A stretch of 64,000 bases of DNA. Source: an uncultured Nitrososphaerota archaeon (GTDB lineage: Archaea; Thermoproteota; Nitrososphaeria; Nitrososphaerales; Nitrosopumilaceae). Numbering within the stretch: the first letter of the stretch is position 1; the number at the start of each line of letters is the position of its first letter. The stretch covers positions 1,824,001-1,888,000 of the forward strand of contig OY969559.1 in the NCBI GenBank assembly GCA_963701075.1. Direction: 5' to 3'. The translations under genes were made by a program, and so were the position numbers. Positions 60,535 to 64,000 of the stretch are shown in pieces. Below the pieces are notes generated by a model. The model was not told the origin of the DNA, ran no database searches, and was given only the letters and a program-made list of their open reading frames with translations.

Positions 60535-61152
60535 CTAGTTTTTCTTTTGTACTAGATTAACAAAGTACTTGTGTATTGATATGTCTGCTGTAAGTTCGGG
60601 ATGAAATGAGGTACCAATAATGTTTCCTTGTTTTACTGCAACTATTTTTTCATTGAATTTTGACAGTATCTCTACATCCTTACCTGCATCTACGACTGAC
60701 GGTGCCCTTATGAAGACACCGTGAAATTTTGGTATGCCAATCTTTTCAAGCGTAACATCTGCCTCAAACGAGTCCTTCTGCCTTCCAAAAGCATTTCGCT
60801 CTATCTTGATATCAAGATAGTCTAGCAAGGGCTGCTCCATCTCTCCTACAACCCTATCCTTTGCTTTCTTTGACAAGAGGATCATTCCTGCACATGTACC
60901 TAAAACAGGTATGCCAGAAGCAATCTTTTCTTTTATCTTTTTCAAAGAGCCATTAACTAGTGAAAGTGTTCCAATTACAGTGCTTTCTCCGCCAGGAATG
61001 ATGAGTCCGTCAAGATCAGAGATTTGTTCTGGACTTTTTACTTCGGTTACAACTCCTTCAACTCCAAGTTCATCCATTGCCATTCTTGTAGCAGACAAGT
61101 TCTCTGCAACATCTCCCTGAACAGCAAGTACGCCTATGTTTACACCGGTCAT
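60535..61152 (-). CDS. pdxT: PLP synthase glutaminase subunit
   Basis: PGGEST, GTCAG, RNAFGRQ, FIRAP, FHPE. Confidence 0.95.
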   Translation of the reverse strand: MTGVNIGVLAVQGDVAENLSATRMAMDELGVEGVVTEVKSPEQISDLDGLIIPGGESTVIGTLSLVNGSLKKIKEKIASGIPVLGTCAGMILLSKKAKDRVVGEMEQPLLDYLDIKIERNAFGRQKDSFEADVTLEKIGIPKFHGVFIRAPSVVDAGKDVEILSKFNEKIVAVKQGNIIGTSFHPELTADISIHKYFVNLVQKKN

Positions 61153-62118
61153 GCCGTACTACCTCTTTCCTGCATTCTAAGTTCTAAATTCTTGGTATCA
61201 AGCCCCAACATGGATTGTCGCTCGTCTACCATCTTTTGGGCTTCCTTTACTTTGTCAGAGTCTTCCCAGAATGTCGTAGCAAGAACAACAGCTTGTGCAC
61301 GCTCTTTTGCATCTTCAGACTTGAAGATTCCAGAGCCGACAAAGACTCCGTCACATCCCAGAGTCATCAAGTATGCAGCATCTGCAGGAGTAGATATGCC
61401 CCCCGCTGCAAAATTTACTACCGGAAGTCTGCCAAGGCTTGCAGTCTCTTCTACAAGCGAGTATGACACTTTGAGCTCCCTTGCAATGCTGATTAGATCT
61501 TGTTCATCTCCAGCATCATAGATTGATTTTATGCGTCTTAATTCGGTATTTACATTTTTTATGTGAATCACAGCTTCTGCAACATTTCCAGTTCCAGGTT
61601 CGCCCTTTGTTCTTATCATTGCCGCGCCTTCCTCAATTCTTCGTAGTGCTTCACCCAGGTTTCTTGCACCGTTAACAAAAGGTGTTGTAAAATCCCATTT
61701 CCAGATGTGATGAAATTCATCTGCTGGCGTGAGTACTTCGGATTCGTCAATCATATCGACGTCTGTCTCTCCCAAAACCTTGGCCTCATAGACATGTCCT
61801 ATCCTGCATTTTGCCATCACTGGAATTGTTACAGAGTCCATTATCTCTTCAATAACTCTAATACTAGCTGTTCTCAGCTACACCTCCAGCTTTTCTTACA
61901 TCAGCTGGAAGTTTATCCAATACCATTACTGCCACAGCTCCTGCATCCTCTGCTATCTGGGCCTGTTCTGCGGTTGTAACATCCATAACAACGCCATTTT
62001 TTAGCATGTGAGCAAAACCGCGCTTCAGAGTTGAGGTACCCCTGCGCGTTTCAAATGATCCTATCTTCTCTCGAACTATTCCTTTTGCATTACCAAAATC
62101 GCCTGAAAGCGGAATCAT
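61149..62118 (-). CDS. pdxS: PLP synthase subunit (frameshift near 61875)
   Basis: [46 protein letters not shown]. Confidence 0.92.
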
Positions 62119-62164
62119 ACAGTTTGATCGCCTCGAGATCTATTTATTTTATGGTTCTAGCAAG

Positions 62165-62229
62165 CGGATGGCTCATGCCTTCAGATCCAACTTTGATGCA
62201 TCAGCTCGAAGGATTACGGCCCATCTTTT
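62165..62229 (+). ncRNA. Intergenic hairpin, candidate small RNA
   Basis: GGATGG/CCATCT basal stem, CCTTC/GAAGG upper stem, AT-rich box upstream, T-run downstream. Confidence 0.35.
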
Positions 62230-62235
62230 GAGTAC

Positions 62236-62769
62236 CTATTGTGTTATTTCACCGATGATACCATCAAGACTGGTTTGTACCTGAGTTATAATCGGTGGAA
62301 CAAACTCTTGGCTGGCGTTTTGGTCTGCCCACTGAAGATTGACAGTCTTGCCATCAAGAGTGACTTGAATGCCATATTTTTCATAATTTGAGATGTCTGG
62401 CTTGGCTTGGTAGACATTACTTGGAATATCCACAAATCCAGTCTCCTTAATGAGTGCCTTCAATTTTGTCAATTCATCTTCAGACAGTTGATATTTTACG
62501 TCAGGCTCTGAATAGCCATTTTTTGTAAGGCTGTACACAGCAGAGCCGTCATTTTGTATTGTCAAGACTTCGGCAGTATCTGCCCCAATGCTTTGTGTTA
62601 GCCCAAATGACACTTTTTCCAGATGTTCTTTGGTATACTGGAGAGTCATTACATCTTCAGAGTTTACTGCAGAGCTTTGAATCTCCGGCCTTGTCAATTG
62701 AGGAACAACTATGAAGATAGCTGCAAGTATAGGAATAACTCCTAGTATGAGCACTATTGGTTTGACCAT
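62236..62769 (-). CDS. Membrane-anchored hypothetical protein
   Basis: N-terminal TM helix, acidic soluble domain. Confidence 0.7.
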   Translation of the reverse strand: MVKPIVLILGVIPILAAIFIVVPQLTRPEIQSSAVNSEDVMTLQYTKEHLEKVSFGLTQSIGADTAEVLTIQNDGSAVYSLTKNGYSEPDVKYQLSEDELTKLKALIKETGFVDIPSNVYQAKPDISNYEKYGIQVTLDGKTVNLQWADQNASQEFVPPIITQVQTSLDGIIGEITQ

Positions 62770-62929
62770 GACTTTTCAACTAATTTTTTTGGAGTTATGC
62801 AAATGAAAGAAAACTGCATCAATTTGGTAGAGTACACACTTTATCCCCAGTTGATTAGGTTTTCATGTCTGCAATAAATCTTCAGAAACTAAGTAAATTA
62901 AAATTCAAGTGCATTTATTGACCAAACGT

Positions 62930-63085
62930 GGGGTCGTAGCCTAGCCAGGCATGGCGACAGGAAGATCACATGATCACCGCTAAGGGCTCCAGTGGTTCAA
63001 CTAGCTTCACTGACGAAAGGATGATGTACAGTTTGGAGCTGTAGTGACCCGTGTGTCGCCGGTTCAACTCCGGTCGGCCCCACCA
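62930..63085 (+). tRNA. tRNA-Trp(CCA) with two introns (~62959-62983 and ~62993-63046), CCA encoded
   Basis: GGGGTCG/CGGCCCC acceptor; removing both inserts gives ACGGG-CTCCAGA-CCCGT; GCCGG-TTCAACT-CCGGT T-arm. Confidence 0.85.
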
Positions 63086-63198
63086 TTTTTTTAGATCTGT
63101 CATTTTGGAGAACAGTTATAAGGAAAAACCAGCTATCTAAAACTGATCAAGTTGGGGATGATTTGTGGCACTAATTATAACAATGGAGGATGTAAAAA

Positions 63199-63831
63199 TT
63201 GAGTCGCGGTAATTTTCCTACATTTGGGACTTCTAAAACTGGAACATATGTTTCCACCCTGAAAAATTACAACCTGCCTCCGTTCATTCTTGAAAAGGTC
63301 GCAATAGATTGTAAATCTGACCTGGTCAGAAAAGGAAGGATCGAGGAACGCCTGCAAAGCATGAACGATGCAGCTCTTGAGATTCTTCATAGAGTTTTTG
63401 TTGATTGTGAGGAAAACTCTGACGGCACTTATGCCAACTATCGCTTTTTTGCATATATTTCCAGCATGTTTCACAAGTGTGAAATTCTTCTAAATGAAAA
63501 GATTCCTGGCCAGTCTGGCAAGATTCACAAGATTCCAATTGCAGTAAAAAACAATGGCATGTACATTGCGGTTGGTTTTAACAAGTCAAGCGGCGGTCCA
63601 ATATCAAAGAGAGAAGCAATCAAGTTCTATGAGCTTGTCGATGACATTAAGAAAGGAGAACACGGAAACCAACTCTCAGAAGGAGTGTATGGTTCTTCAG
63701 TTGGCTTTGATGGCGAAGCACTTGTTACCTTGGAAAATTTGAGCAAGGCTCGCAAGAAAGACCCACAAAATAAAATAGATTTTAAAACAGCAAGCTTTGG
63801 AAATAGAATCTATTCTGTCACAAAGTGCTAG
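63199..63831 (+). CDS. Conserved hypothetical protein, possible degenerate Mrr-like fold
   Basis: EKIPGQSGKIHKIPIAV ... GVYGSSVGF resembles an Mrr-cat scaffold without the catalytic residues. Confidence 0.6.
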   Translation: MSRGNFPTFGTSKTGTYVSTLKNYNLPPFILEKVAIDCKSDLVRKGRIEERLQSMNDAALEILHRVFVDCEENSDGTYANYRFFAYISSMFHKCEILLNEKIPGQSGKIHKIPIAVKNNGMYIAVGFNKSSGGPISKREAIKFYELVDDIKKGEHGNQLSEGVYGSSVGFDGEALVTLENLSKARKKDPQNKIDFKTASFGNRIYSVTKC

Positions 63832-63944
63832 TGCTTCTTTTTAGCAGAACAGAATTTTGTATGAACTTGTTTTTCTACAGTTAGCGTTGTTTCATTTTCA
63901 TGAAACATTTTCTGCCCGCAATCAGGACAAATGAATTCTGGCAT
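63828..63944 (-). CDS. Candidate 38-aa zinc-finger micro-protein
   Basis: MPEFICPDCGQKMFHENETTLTVEKQVHTKFCSAKKKH*. Confidence 0.55.
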   Translation of the reverse strand: MPEFICPDCGQKMFHENETTLTVEKQVHTKFCSAKKKH

Positions 63945-64000
63945 GAAAAAACTCTGAAACACTTACTTATAGTCTTTTAGAAGATTTGGAAATCCAAAGT

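Noticed and set aside
819-61979. Many antisense or overlapping 60-170 aa ORFs in the track
   Set aside because: Shadow ORFs of well-supported genes with no independent motifs

Overview
Core-chromosome segment of an ammonia-oxidising-type archaeon (Nitrososphaerota/Thaumarchaeota; Nitrosotalea/Nitrosopumilales-like, inferred from gene content and protein style). Most of it is housekeeping: pyrDK, nop5-fibrillarin, rnhB, trm1, rlmE, topo VI, RIO1, aIF1A/aIF2b, purA/purB, histone, valS, aconitase and pdxST, plus tRNA-Cys, tRNA-Thr and a two-intron tRNA-Trp. The main accessory feature is a ~7.4 kb element integrated in tRNA-Cys (46-bp att repeats at 32924-32969 and 40296-40341). Its tyrosine integrase is split by the att site (SSV1-type). 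It has no recognisable replication or virion genes and carries candidate defence genes (two PD-(D/E)xK-like, two HEPN-like), one of which sits between 74-bp internal direct repeats like an exchangeable cassette. A second islet between thiL and rps11 holds a repeat-flanked LRV/HEAT gene, an IS605-end-like hairpin and a RelE-type TA pair. Also seen: two distant intergenic hairpins with shared end motifs (candidate sRNA family) and several unannotated micro-ORFs. At least eight single-base frameshifts, some in essential genes, point to sequencing or assembly indel errors.
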